64,000 nucleotides of DNA from a virus (Duplodnaviria > Caudoviricetes). The stretch covers positions 1 through 64,000 of the IMG/VR virus record IMGVR_UViG_3300013121_000018. The stretch is one strand, 5' to 3'. Shown here piece after piece: positions 49,634 through 59,924 of this stretch. Position numbers and translations under genes: made by a program. The stretch's first letter is position 1, and every line of letters begins with the position of its first letter. The notes under the pieces were generated by a model. It made no database searches, had not been told where the DNA came from, and saw nothing but the letters and a program-made list of their open reading frames with translations.

Positions 49634-50425
49634 ATGATTAAGTTACCAGTAGCGCCAAGCGCACCCAAAACCAAAAACGCAAAAAGAATGTTGATTGCAT
49701 CTCAACCTAAAGTTGGGAAAACGAGTGCTGTAATGGCATTACCAAATTGTTTAGTAATAGACCTAGAATCTGGAGCAGACCAATATCCAGGAATGTCAAT
49801 TGATGTTAATGAAATTGCAAAGAAGATTTCTGCTGAAAATGATATTCCTTATTTGGAAGCTAAACTAGAAGCATATTTTAGTGTAGTAAATGAAATTAAA
49901 AATATGGATCATAAATATGACTATATTGCAATTGATAATACTACACGATTGGAAGATATGGCTTCTTATTATGCAACAATGTTGTATAAGAAAAGTACTA
50001 TCGGAAAGAATTTTAAAGGAGAAGACGTTGTAAGTGAATTACCTAGTGGTGGTGGTTATCTCTGGTTAAGAGAAGCTTTTGATAGGCTTGTTGATGCTGT
50101 TGATGGCTTGCCTAGAATTTGTAATATTTACATCGGTCACTTGAAGAAATCTTCTATTACTAAAAACGACCAAAGTATTACTGCTTTGGATTTGGAACTG
50201 TCCGGAAAAGGTAAAACTATTCTGACATCGTTAATGGATGCTAATGGTTTCCTTAGAAGGGAGAAGTCAACCAACAAGAATATTTTAAGCTTTAAAACAA
50301 GTGAAACGGACTTGCTTACTGGAGCAAGAACTATGCACTTAAGAGGTAATGAATTTCTACTTTCAGAATTAACAGATGATGGAAAATTCATTACTTATTG
50401 GGATAAAATTTTCTTAAAACAATAA
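49634..50425 (+). CDS. AAA_24/Sak4-like ATPase
   Basis: SQPKVGKT, IDLESG, IAIDN, GGGYLWLR, IGHLK. Confidence 0.8.
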   Translation: MIKLPVAPSAPKTKNAKRMLIASQPKVGKTSAVMALPNCLVIDLESGADQYPGMSIDVNEIAKKISAENDIPYLEAKLEAYFSVVNEIKNMDHKYDYIAIDNTTRLEDMASYYATMLYKKSTIGKNFKGEDVVSELPSGGGYLWLREAFDRLVDAVDGLPRICNIYIGHLKKSSITKNDQSITALDLELSGKGKTILTSLMDANGFLRREKSTNKNILSFKTSETDLLTGARTMHLRGNEFLLSELTDDGKFITYWDKIFLKQ

Positions 50426-50429
50426 CAAA

Positions 50430-50882
50430 ATGCAGAGATTAAAATTAAATAAAAAAGATGAAGCTGATGCTAATATAGGTTCTCTAGAAGATTTTTTATC
50501 ATGGTATTTTAAAAACAGTCAGCCGGAAACATATAACTATAATGGAGATTTGCAAACTTCTAGAGGAAAATATAGATCGTTTTCTGATATACTCAGCTTA
50601 TGTTGTAATTATTTTCCAGACTGTACAGAAAAAGATTTGGCTAAGGTTTTAATTTCTTTTTGGGAAAAAAGAAACATTCATGCATTATTTTGTAGTAACA
50701 TTGGAAAAGTAGTATTTTGTGAAAGGCATAATAATGACCCTAATATAGATTTGCCCAGTTTAATTTCTCCAAAATATTTTAATCCAAATAATCCAGATGC
50801 TTATGCTCAATCCCATAATCAACCAACTAAAGTAGGAGTAGATGGACACTCCTTCATTGAAATTTACAACTTAACAATTTAA
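50430..50882 (+). CDS. hypothetical protein (paralogue B2)
   Basis: Similar to 49129..49629. Confidence 0.6.
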   Translation: MQRLKLNKKDEADANIGSLEDFLSWYFKNSQPETYNYNGDLQTSRGKYRSFSDILSLCCNYFPDCTEKDLAKVLISFWEKRNIHALFCSNIGKVVFCERHNNDPNIDLPSLISPKYFNPNNPDAYAQSHNQPTKVGVDGHSFIEIYNLTI

Positions 50883-50887
50883 TAATT

Positions 50888-51709
50888 ATGTTCGACAACA
50901 ATCAAGAACAACTCCAAAAAGGCTCTGGCCAACAACAACTTTTCACCGGTCTGTATCCATTAAGGATTGTAGGAATTAACCCTACTGTAGAACAGCTTAC
51001 CAATATTATTGGTGAAGGTGCTTCTAAATTTAAGGTTGACTACAGTGTAGGACAGTATGGAAAACCTGTTACGTTTTGGTTTTCATCACCTGACAATAAA
51101 GTGAAACCTTTTAGCAAGACAATATTTCTTAAAGAAGAAACTATTGTCGTTCAAGATTCTGGAAAAACAATGCTGTTGAATGACAGTACAGGACAATACG
51201 GAACTGTTCAGTCAGCCTGGGCAGTATCTCCAGAGGATGTTCCACTATGGTTCTCTAAAGACGGTATTCGTCCTGCAAATAAGGGAGAATATGAATATTA
51301 TGACCTACTGGTTAAATTTCTTCGTTTCCGTGACAAGGAAGGTGGAAAGACTTATGTAGAATTTCTTTCTGAAGAGAAAGTAGATTTTGCATCAGTTATT
51401 AATGGTGATGACAGTGCGTTGCATAATCTAGCCGATTATTTTATGGATAATGCAAGTACTTGTGTAATTTTGCTGACAGTTCGTAGTGGTGAAAAGAATT
51501 ACCAAGATTGTGAACTTGGTAATTGTGTTTTTGGTCAGAATTCTGTTACCGATAAAGTAATTGAAAGGGCACAAAAACTCAATTCAAATGCTGATTATCC
51601 TATCAGCAAAAACGAATTCAGCTTTGAATTTGCAGAGTATACCGGAGCATCTGCTCCACCCACACCTAAAAAGGTAGACGCTCCTGCAAAGAAGCAAAGT
51701 TGGATTTAA
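50888..51709 (+). CDS. conserved crAss-like replication protein, possible ssDNA-binding protein
   Basis: LFTGL..RIVGINPT.EQL motif; between the ATPase and primase; flexible C-terminal tail. Confidence 0.45.
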   Translation: MFDNNQEQLQKGSGQQQLFTGLYPLRIVGINPTVEQLTNIIGEGASKFKVDYSVGQYGKPVTFWFSSPDNKVKPFSKTIFLKEETIVVQDSGKTMLLNDSTGQYGTVQSAWAVSPEDVPLWFSKDGIRPANKGEYEYYDLLVKFLRFRDKEGGKTYVEFLSEEKVDFASVINGDDSALHNLADYFMDNASTCVILLTVRSGEKNYQDCELGNCVFGQNSVTDKVIERAQKLNSNADYPISKNEFSFEFAEYTGASAPPTPKKVDAPAKKQSWI

Positions 51710-51722
51710 AAAATCCATAAAT

Positions 51723-52718
51723 GTGTTTAAAAATAAAACACAACTTCTAACAAAAGTAACGCCGGACATGATTGCTAGTAATAGTGATTATGTCTGGCTT
51801 ATTTTTTTTGGTGAATTGCCGTCTTATGGTAAAAGATTTTATTCTCCTTTCAGGTCTGATAGAAAGGCTGGTTGTAGATGGTCGTACAATAATAATCAAT
51901 GGTGGTTGGTAGATAATGCTGGTCACAATGGTAAACTTGCTTGGAGCATCTATGATTTTGTATCATGGTTGTATCCAACATATACGGCTAAAGAAGTGTA
52001 TCATTTAATTGCCAGTCGATTGGTTGAAACTGTTCCAAATATTCAAACCATTAGAAGACCTAATGTAGCATCTGTTAAAGATAACAATATCATTATTAAG
52101 TTTGAATATACAGATTGGACAGAAGATGATTATTTTTCTAGAATGTTTGACATTGACCTAAATTATTTGAATCAACAACCATATTATAAAGTTGTTAATT
52201 ATTGGGCAAATTCTAGAAAAGACAACACTTTAAGAAAAAATCCTTTTCATTCACCAAAAAGTGTAGAAACGATTGCTTATTATTTTGAAGACACAGACCA
52301 TACTAAGCTGTATTTCCCTGCAAAAAATGATTTTAAATGGTATAGCAATTGTAATGCTGATGATATATTTGGAGAACACAGATTGAAGGAATATGACAAC
52401 TCTCATATTGTAATTACTAAGTCTGCAAAAGACGAAATGATACTAAACTATCATTGTAATCTTCAAACATTAGCAGTACAATCAGAGGCAATTACTTCCA
52501 ATAAAAAATTAAATGATTTATGCAATCAATTTTCTCAAAAAATTATTTACTTCGACAACGATGACCCAGGAAGAAGAAATTCAAAGACTTTGGGAGAAAG
52601 CGTCGGAGCGTTATGCATCTTTAATGGAGACACAGAAGGAAAAGACGCTGCCGAGTTTTATGCACTCCAAAACAACAAGGAGAAATTCAAAGAAGGAATT
52701 AACAACAAATTCAAATGA
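51723..52718 (+). CDS. dnaG: DNA primase (Toprim)
   Basis: SPFRSD, VITKSAKDEM, AVQSE, YFDNDDPG, KDAAEF. Confidence 0.85.
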   Translation: MFKNKTQLLTKVTPDMIASNSDYVWLIFFGELPSYGKRFYSPFRSDRKAGCRWSYNNNQWWLVDNAGHNGKLAWSIYDFVSWLYPTYTAKEVYHLIASRLVETVPNIQTIRRPNVASVKDNNIIIKFEYTDWTEDDYFSRMFDIDLNYLNQQPYYKVVNYWANSRKDNTLRKNPFHSPKSVETIAYYFEDTDHTKLYFPAKNDFKWYSNCNADDIFGEHRLKEYDNSHIVITKSAKDEMILNYHCNLQTLAVQSEAITSNKKLNDLCNQFSQKIIYFDNDDPGRRNSKTLGESVGALCIFNGDTEGKDAAEFYALQNNKEKFKEGINNKFK

Positions 52719-52719
52719 T

Positions 52720-53514
52720 ATGAAAGAAAAAAGTATTAAATCGACAATGTTTCCCCCAGATTTGCATAGGGGGCAACTGTTGAAAAACGTAGGTAAAACG
52801 GGTGAACGCTACTTTGGTAGCATGGATTATGTTATTGTAAATGATGTTGGACGAGATAGAATGCTTGTTACAGGTTTTAATAAAGCTGCTCAACCTATGA
52901 GTATGGTGACCGTTAGTATTTCTGAGTATGAATCATTAACATCCTTAACTGGAGTATTAACGCCTTATGAGACAGAAAATAGTGTTAAATTTGATATTCG
53001 GCCTATTAAAGAAAGATTATTGGAACTTCCAGCAATTGAGAGAATTCTTCCATCAAATCTTAGGATTGATGAAGAACTATTTAATCTTGTAAAAGATGGG
53101 ACGATTCCAAGTCAAGATGAACTAAGGATTTTGGTACTTAGGTATCATAAAGCCTTGTGTACTGCAGAAGAAATTGTTACTTTGTATGATAGTGTTATAT
53201 TTGGTGATGAAAAAGAAAAAATGACTGCAAATACACCAAACATTCCTGACGGACAAATTGGTGTACATGAAGACAAATTCTCTTGGTCATTAGGAGGAAC
53301 GACTACTTTCGCTGAAGATCCTCTTCCTTATTTTATAGATCCTACTATAACATTAAAAAGACCAACAGGAGCTACAATAAAATCTTCAGCAGATACACCT
53401 CCAACTGGATTTTGGACTTATGAAGGTACTGATAAATTTCAAAAAGTTGAAGAAAACACTGAAGAAGAACATGATGAGGATTCTGAATTTATGGAAGGAG
53501 ATAGTCCATTTTAA
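52720..53514 (+). CDS. hypothetical protein with acidic C-terminus
   Basis: ATG at 52720 just after the primase stop. Confidence 0.55.
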   Translation: MKEKSIKSTMFPPDLHRGQLLKNVGKTGERYFGSMDYVIVNDVGRDRMLVTGFNKAAQPMSMVTVSISEYESLTSLTGVLTPYETENSVKFDIRPIKERLLELPAIERILPSNLRIDEELFNLVKDGTIPSQDELRILVLRYHKALCTAEEIVTLYDSVIFGDEKEKMTANTPNIPDGQIGVHEDKFSWSLGGTTTFAEDPLPYFIDPTITLKRPTGATIKSSADTPPTGFWTYEGTDKFQKVEENTEEEHDEDSEFMEGDSPF

Positions 53515-53522
53515 TAACAATT

Positions 53523-54230
53523 ATGCTAAGTAAATTAAATATACATGAAAGTTGGAATGATATTTTCGTTCCTCTTTTAAGTAGTGATACAGGACAAGAA
53601 TTGTTGCTACAGTTAGGTGATAAGTATCATCCTACAAAAGAAAGTATTTTCAGAGCATTCAGTATTCCTAAAGAGGACGTATGTCTTATTATAATAGGTC
53701 AAGATGTTTATCCTGATAAAAGACTTGCAACTGGATTAGCTTTTGGAGTACCTCCAGGAAAAGACTCTGTTTCTTTGAAAAATATAAGAACAGAAATTTA
53801 TCGAGATTTCCACGATGATCCTACAAGTGATATTTTCCTTATGAAAGAGGACGAATTTAACTTCTTATTCGATAACAGTTTAGAATATTGGCAAGAACAA
53901 GGTGTTCTTTTATTAAATTCTGCATTAACTTGTGGAGGAACTCCTGGTGATCATTGGGATATATGGCAACCGTTCATGTCATTATTAGTTACACAGCTTC
54001 CAGATGTACCTACAGTATTATTTGGAACTAAAGCAGCAACGTTGAAAGCTTTTATTAAAAATCCTATAATTGCTCCGCATCCAGCTTCAGATTCCTATGG
54101 AGGAGTCCGTAAGTTTTATGGATGTGGTGTATTTAGAGAAATACAAGAAAAAATACCAGACTTCAAATGGATAGAATACTTAAGTATTTCCTCACTTATG
54201 GAGGATACGACGGGGGATTTGCCTTTTTAG
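53523..54230 (+). CDS. ung: uracil-DNA glycosylase (family 1)
   Basis: IGQDVYP, ATGLAF, QGVLLLNSALT, HPAS. Confidence 0.9.
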   Translation: MLSKLNIHESWNDIFVPLLSSDTGQELLLQLGDKYHPTKESIFRAFSIPKEDVCLIIIGQDVYPDKRLATGLAFGVPPGKDSVSLKNIRTEIYRDFHDDPTSDIFLMKEDEFNFLFDNSLEYWQEQGVLLLNSALTCGGTPGDHWDIWQPFMSLLVTQLPDVPTVLFGTKAATLKAFIKNPIIAPHPASDSYGGVRKFYGCGVFREIQEKIPDFKWIEYLSISSLMEDTTGDLPF

Positions 54231-55919
54231 GTAAATCTGTTAAGAATATTAACGATGCGGATTTGATTATTTTTACTGGTGGAGAAGATATTTCACCAGA
54301 ATTATATAATCAAAAAGCAAATACACATACAAGAGGTGTTAATATCAAACGTGATAGGCATGAAGTTGCTATATTCAACCTCTATAAAGATATTCCTAAA
54401 CTTGGTGTCTGTAGAGGACACCAACTAATTTCTGTGTTAGAGGGTGCTTCTTTGATTCAGCACGTTGATGGTCATCATACTAACCATAATATGAAAACGT
54501 TTGATGATCATACTATTGGAGTTACATCATGTCATCATCAAATGGTTATCTTCGACAAAGACATGGAAGAAGGTAAAGACTACTATCACTTAGGATGGTC
54601 TTCACCAGCAAAAGCTACTATGTATGTTGGAGAAAAAGGTATAGATATATATAGGGACGGTGTTAAACTTGCTAACAGATACTTTGAAGAATCCGAAATG
54701 GCTTTTTTTCCAAAATCAAATAGCTTGACTGTACAATTTCACCCTAAACATTTGGGGCTTGCATAAGTGATTGTGCATGAAACATCGCTTAAATTCGGTG
54801 AACTCCTTCAATATTTTGGAGAATACCGAGCCAAGCTATTCTTAGGTTAATAGAGAATAGAAGGTGTAACGACTACAGAGGTGAGCCTAACAATAATCCT
54901 CTGCACGAAAAAGCGATTACTTACTTTTATCAAAAACATCTTTATACTGCCACTTATATCCACCACAGGTAACATCTCTACCATTACAAACGTGTCTTAT
55001 ATTTTGTCTCCAAACATTATTTTTAATAGCAGCGTTTTGTAATGAGTAATATTCTTCAACAATATTTTCTTCAAAATCTAATTTATATACTGGTCGGCCA
55101 AGTTTTCTTTTTAAAGATTCTGGTCTATTTTTTCCTAATAAGCCTTGTCTTATTTTTTCACAAGTTTCTTTTCTTACTTTTCTTTTAAAGGTAATAGGAT
55201 GCTTCATGTTGGTGGAAATATTAAAACCTTTTTTTACTGAATTATATTTATTTATGTAATAAAGTTCTCGTTCCCATAAAAATTCATATGAGTTTTCATT
55301 AGGAATAAGTTCTAAAATATCAAATATAAAATTATTGACTCCGTATTTATTATACGCTCGTTGCAATTTTATATTATAATGCGCATTTTTTTCAAGTTTT
55401 AATAAATGGTTTTTCCATCTTTTATGAAAATTAGATTTGTTTCCTTTTGTGGAACCTATATAAGCTTTGTTATTTTTAACACAAAGTATTATATAAATAC
55501 CTGTAGATTTAATGTTTACCACAGATTCTGCAGTAGTAATGATGTTTGTATAAATTTTTACCATACTTGTTTTTTTACAAAGATAACTCTGTTTAAAAGT
55601 ACAAAATAGTTTTATGTAAAAAAATTAACAATTTTTGGTAATAACTAAGTTATAATGATAAAACAATTCTATATGAATGTAAATTCAATCATATGGAATG
55701 TAAGTAAATGATATAGTCTGAACTTACAGGATGATAAACTGTAAGAAGTATAGGATAAAGAGCCTATACGATAACATAATGGAATGGATGGACAATATGC
55801 TTGGACAAAAATATGTTAAAGAATTAGTTTTCAAGTTAGTTTCTAATAAACTTGAAGAACACATAATTCAATCAAAATTGAACATTGAATATGCACAAGA
55901 GCTCGATGCCCGTTTTTAA
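54167..55919 (+). CDS. class I glutamine amidotransferase / peptidase C26, join(54167..54745,55782..55919), 238 aa
   Basis: FTGGEDISPELY, GVCRGHQ, TSCHHQ; splicing restores QFHP|EW. Confidence 0.88.
54917..55564 (-). CDS. intron-encoded GIY-YIG endonuclease (antisense)
   Basis: TGIYII...AYIGST, RELYYI, GFNI, NUMOD1-like CGGYKWQY. Confidence 0.9.
   Translation of the reverse strand: MVKIYTNIITTAESVVNIKSTGIYIILCVKNNKAYIGSTKGNKSNFHKRWKNHLLKLEKNAHYNIKLQRAYNKYGVNNFIFDILELIPNENSYEFLWERELYYINKYNSVKKGFNISTNMKHPITFKRKVRKETCEKIRQGLLGKNRPESLKRKLGRPVYKLDFEENIVEEYYSLQNAAIKNNVWRQNIRHVCNGRDVTCGGYKWQYKDVFDKSK
55578..55654 (-). promoter_or_regulatory. -7 element (TATCTTTG) plus 20-bp box driving the intron endonuclease
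   Basis: Same box and spacing as at 15694-15770. Confidence 0.65.
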
Positions 55920-56589
55920 TATTGTTAACTACAGTATAGGTAAATACTGTGAGGCTACAGATTACTTAGATCCACATCTAACATTATTGGAAGAAAATGG
56001 AAAAGATTTACATTGTTTATTTAAAGCATGTAGATGTAAGGACTTCTTCAACGAAGTTTTTAATAAAATATATACAGGTAACGACAGTACAATTTATGAC
56101 TTTTCCACGAACAATATTGATGTATCTAAGGTTAAAGATTCTGAATACTTTTATCTCCTTATGGTATCAAGAGAAGCCAATGATGCAAAAATATTTGATG
56201 CTGAAAACATTCAAAATTTCTTAGATTTATTTAATCCGAAATCTCAAGTAGTAAAAACAAACATGGAAAAAGGTATTGTCATTCGGTTTCATAGAAACTG
56301 GACAGACAGACCTTATCTGTTGTCAATGTTTTTAAATTTATGTAGAATAGGTTCCTTGTATAACAACGAAGGTTGGGAATCGTTTAAACAATTGTTGAGC
56401 AGCAAAGGCTTGTTTTGGAAACAAGGTTATGCAAGTTCACCTTGTTTAAATCAAGTAGCAAACAGTTTAAGAGTAATTGAAGATTATCTGAATGGAATTG
56501 TTCATGAACAAGCTTATTCAGATTATTCAAATACAAATGATTTACACAACCGTAGTGGAGCAGTAAGCTTCACTGCTAAATTAAAGTAA
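55885..56589 (+). CDS. hypothetical protein within the amidoligase cluster
   Basis: CRCKDFFNE, SMFLNLCRIG, HNRSG motifs; exact start uncertain. Confidence 0.55.
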   Translation: MNMHKSSMPVFNIVNYSIGKYCEATDYLDPHLTLLEENGKDLHCLFKACRCKDFFNEVFNKIYTGNDSTIYDFSTNNIDVSKVKDSEYFYLLMVSREANDAKIFDAENIQNFLDLFNPKSQVVKTNMEKGIVIRFHRNWTDRPYLLSMFLNLCRIGSLYNNEGWESFKQLLSSKGLFWKQGYASSPCLNQVANSLRVIEDYLNGIVHEQAYSDYSNTNDLHNRSGAVSFTAKLK

Positions 56590-56591
56590 TA

Positions 56592-57263
56592 ATGAAACAA
56601 ATAGGTCTTCTTTTGAAGGTAGATACCGGAAACGTCACAATTAATGACAGGTATATGCATTGGGTATCACAATTTGGAAACGTGCAATTCATCAACCCTC
56701 TTGATGAAAATGTATATGATTTAGATTTACTAATACTTCCTGGTGGAAGTGATGTGGATCCAGCAAGGTATGGTGAAAAACCAAAACCATATTGTCAGAA
56801 ACCCAATATCTTTGACGAATGGTTCGATAAGTTTATGTTGCCGAAATATATTGCAAAACAAATTCCTATTTTTGGAATTTGTAGAGGTTTTCAAACTTTG
56901 GCTGTACACTTTGGTGTTAAACTAACACAACATTTATATGCTCCGTATAGTGACCCAAGAGGAAAACTTGTAGAGAATTTGGAATTTAATCTTGAGGTAC
57001 AACCGTCTGATAGGGCATATAACATTGCTAAAATGGTTAAAAAAGGAAGTCCTGTTAAAGTAAACAGCTTACACCATCAAGGATTTTATCAATGGGATTG
57101 TGAAAAAAATCCTATGATACAAATTTTAGCAACTGCAAAAGAAGCATTGAATGTTGAAGTATTTAAAGTAAAGGATATGCCAATTTGTGCTGTACAATAC
57201 CATCCAGAAGAGATTGCATGTAACTATGCAGAAGCTCTTGTAAAAAGTTTATTAACAAAGTAA
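56592..57263 (+). CDS. class I glutamine amidotransferase / peptidase C26
   Basis: LPGGSDVDPARYG, FGICRGFQ, VNSLHHQ, AVQYHPE. Confidence 0.9.
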   Translation: MKQIGLLLKVDTGNVTINDRYMHWVSQFGNVQFINPLDENVYDLDLLILPGGSDVDPARYGEKPKPYCQKPNIFDEWFDKFMLPKYIAKQIPIFGICRGFQTLAVHFGVKLTQHLYAPYSDPRGKLVENLEFNLEVQPSDRAYNIAKMVKKGSPVKVNSLHHQGFYQWDCEKNPMIQILATAKEALNVEVFKVKDMPICAVQYHPEEIACNYAEALVKSLLTK

Positions 57264-57271
57264 TAACTTAA

Positions 57272-58126
57272 ATGACAAATAAAATTCAAAATATAACGTT
57301 GGGTTCAGACCCAGAGTATTTTGTAAAACACATTCCTACTAACACCATCGTTAGTGGGATTGGTTTTGTAGGTGGTACAAAAAATGAACCGCTTATTTTA
57401 GATAATGAAACTGGTATCACTCGTACAGAGGATTGTACCTTAGCAGAATTTCAGTTTCCACCAGTTACTTCTAAAGAGGATTGGTTGTATATGTTTAAGA
57501 AACTTGTTCAAAAAGGTAATGAACACCTTGGACAATATGATATGTGTCTAGTAACAGGTTCCTCACATATTTATGACGATGCTGAACTTCTTCATCCAAT
57601 GGCAAGAACATTTGGATGCTCTCCAAGTACTAATGCTTGGACAAAAGAAACACAGTATTCTTGTGGGCCAGAAGAAGCTGGTAATTTGCGTTCAGCAGGT
57701 GCACATATTCATATTGGAACTACTTCTGACATTTCTGAAGATGATGCATATAATCTTATTCGTGTTTTGGATGTATTTCTGGGAGTACCTTCTGTTTTGA
57801 TTGATACAGATACTCAAAGGAGGAAACTTTACGGAAAAGCCGGAGAATGCCGTTTTAGGGTTATCAAAGGTGTTATCGTAATGGAATATCGCACTTTAGG
57901 TGGCAATATGCTGGAATCGGAAGAGTTGATTGGTTGGATTTATGACCAAACTATGAAAGCAATTGAGTATTACAACACCGAGGGTGTAGAAAAAGTGAAT
58001 GCTTTCCGTGAAGAGATTATTGATTGTATTGATAATGTTAAAGAAAATCTTGCAAAAGATTTGATGTCAATCTTTAATCTAACAATTCCTTATTTGGAGT
58101 ATGTTAAAATCCATAACCATGCATAA
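57272..58126 (+). CDS. phiEco32-like COOH-NH2 ligase type 2
   Basis: LGSDPEYF, VGGTKNEP, EDCTLAEF, FGCSP, LRSAGAHIHIG, RRKLYGKAGECR, EYRTL. Confidence 0.88.
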   Translation: MTNKIQNITLGSDPEYFVKHIPTNTIVSGIGFVGGTKNEPLILDNETGITRTEDCTLAEFQFPPVTSKEDWLYMFKKLVQKGNEHLGQYDMCLVTGSSHIYDDAELLHPMARTFGCSPSTNAWTKETQYSCGPEEAGNLRSAGAHIHIGTTSDISEDDAYNLIRVLDVFLGVPSVLIDTDTQRRKLYGKAGECRFRVIKGVIVMEYRTLGGNMLESEELIGWIYDQTMKAIEYYNTEGVEKVNAFREEIIDCIDNVKENLAKDLMSIFNLTIPYLEYVKIHNHA

Positions 58127-58466
58127 AATAGCAGTATACGGAAGTTTAAGACAAGGTGAATATAATTTTGAGCGAATGTCTTATATAGGGGATATTCAAT
58201 ACGAAACAACAACAACCATTCAAGGATGGGACTTGTATAGTCTTGGTATGTATCCTGCAATAAAAAAGGGTACTGGTACAATTGTTGTAGATATTTTAAA
58301 CGTTGGTGATGAAGTATTGGATTTTATTCGTGGAATGGAATTTGGTGCAGGGTATCATGAAGAAACAGTCAATGTTGATGGACAAGATTGTTTCATTTAT
58401 GTATACAATTATGAACTATCTAGAAACCAGGTACTGTCTGGTGACTGGAAAAAACAAAACGATTAA
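58119..58466 (+). CDS. gamma-glutamylcyclotransferase (AIG2-like)
   Basis: AVYGSLRQGEYN, LGMYPA, SGDW; ATG at 58119. Confidence 0.88.
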   Translation: MHKIAVYGSLRQGEYNFERMSYIGDIQYETTTTIQGWDLYSLGMYPAIKKGTGTIVVDILNVGDEVLDFIRGMEFGAGYHEETVNVDGQDCFIYVYNYELSRNQVLSGDWKKQND

Positions 58467-58467
58467 T

Positions 58468-59922
58468 ATGTGTAATATAAGTGGAGCATTAAAACTACCG
58501 AATAAGAAATACCACAATAGTGATAAATTGAAACTTCTAGCACTATATGGTGCTGAAAGAGGTAAGGATTCTTTTGGTATTTGGTATGATGATAAAGTAC
58601 TTTATCATGTAAGGAGTACTTATGCAGTAACAGATGGCAACAGTTGTAGTGTATTTTTGAAATATCCGTTTCCAGAAAATATTCAGTCTAATATTGTACT
58701 TATGCACAATAGGCAGGCTACTGTAGGTGTTGTTAACGAAAATGCAGCACACCCATATATCATTGATAATGAAATGGTGGGAATGAAGAATGGTACTATT
58801 CACAATTATGAATATCTTGCCGATAAATATAAAATTAGTGAAAAAGAGTATGAGACTGATAGTGAACTCATACTGAAAATTATTCACAGGCATGGTTTGG
58901 AAGTCTTAAAAGAATATGTAGGTGGATGTGCAATTGCTTGGTTCAACTTGTCAGAACCCGACACTCTGTATCTCTGGAAAGGTGCTTCAATGGAATACAA
59001 TAGGTATGAAGAAGAACGTCCTCTATTCTACACATTCGATACAAACGGTACATTGTATTTCAACTCTTTGGAACCACCTCTAAAGTATGTTAATAATACA
59101 AGGACACCTATCCATAGTTTAAAAGAAAACACGGTATTTGCCTTTAAAAACGGTAAAATATCGGTTGTTGCTGAATTTGATCGTTCAAAAATGTCTCAGT
59201 CAAAACCATACAACAATACTGTATGGAACGGTTATTATGAAAAAGCAACCAATTCTTCAAAAGTAAAACATCTGCCGTCACCTAAACTTATTGAACCTTG
59301 TCCTCAAATAAGGGCTGCTGGAAACATTTACTATTACAAAGGTAAATACTGGAAAAACGGTCATATTGTTGAAGGTGTGCTTAATATCGATACTGATAGT
59401 GGAGAAATTTTATACGATAATAGTGGGACAAACTTGTTTTTTTACAAAGGTTGGTGGGTAAAGGATGCATTTACTTATAATAGGTTGAATTTTCCAGGAA
59501 ATGAAGATGCTCCTGATATTTTTGACATGCACCATGATGCTGTCACTGAATGTATTGACGGTTTCTTTTACAGAAATGGAAGTAAGTTGAATTATACATT
59601 CAAACCTAAGTTTGGTTATAACAATTACACCTTTTTAAACGGTTCCTTAACAGCAATTGCTGCAAATTTTGGGCCAGAGAAAACTGATAACACTAGAGAT
59701 GCTCTTCTTGATGCTGTTAATTACTATGTGTTTGGTAACTATACACAATGTTATTATAGCAGCAGAGAAGTTGCAGAAGCAGGTATTAAAGAGATTGATC
59801 CGACTATTAAGTTGAAGTGGACTACTGTTAATCAGATTCTGGAAGCATTGAAAAATTCAAAAAAAGCTAAAAACGAAGAAGAAATTGAAGAACAGCTTCT
59901 TCTTCAAAATTGGACAAGTTAA
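58468..59922 (+). CDS. class II (Ntn) glutamine amidotransferase
   Basis: True start M-C-N-I-S-G (N-terminal Cys), ERGKDSFG, HNRQATVG, AHPY, KNGTIHN, TDSE, ERPL. Confidence 0.9.
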   Translation: MCNISGALKLPNKKYHNSDKLKLLALYGAERGKDSFGIWYDDKVLYHVRSTYAVTDGNSCSVFLKYPFPENIQSNIVLMHNRQATVGVVNENAAHPYIIDNEMVGMKNGTIHNYEYLADKYKISEKEYETDSELILKIIHRHGLEVLKEYVGGCAIAWFNLSEPDTLYLWKGASMEYNRYEEERPLFYTFDTNGTLYFNSLEPPLKYVNNTRTPIHSLKENTVFAFKNGKISVVAEFDRSKMSQSKPYNNTVWNGYYEKATNSSKVKHLPSPKLIEPCPQIRAAGNIYYYKGKYWKNGHIVEGVLNIDTDSGEILYDNSGTNLFFYKGWWVKDAFTYNRLNFPGNEDAPDIFDMHHDAVTECIDGFFYRNGSKLNYTFKPKFGYNNYTFLNGSLTAIAANFGPEKTDNTRDALLDAVNYYVFGNYTQCYYSSREVAEAGIKEIDPTIKLKWTTVNQILEALKNSKKAKNEEEIEEQLLLQNWTS

Positions 59923-59924
59923 AA

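Larger units (their letters stand above)
54746..55781 (+). mobile_element. group I intron (1036 nt) containing an antisense GIY-YIG gene
   Basis: P1 CCCU/GGGG, P3 ATCGCTT/AAGCGAT, P4 TTCGGTG/ACCGAG, P7 GACTAC/ATATAGTC; terminal G55781. Confidence 0.9.

Noticed and set aside
55731-55919. Stand-alone 62-aa ORF
   Set aside because: It is the intron 3' end plus exon 2 of the C26 amidotransferase.
58303-58467. N-terminal extension of the Ntn amidotransferase
   Set aside because: Overlaps the GGCT gene; Ntn enzymes require Cys at position 2 (start 58468).
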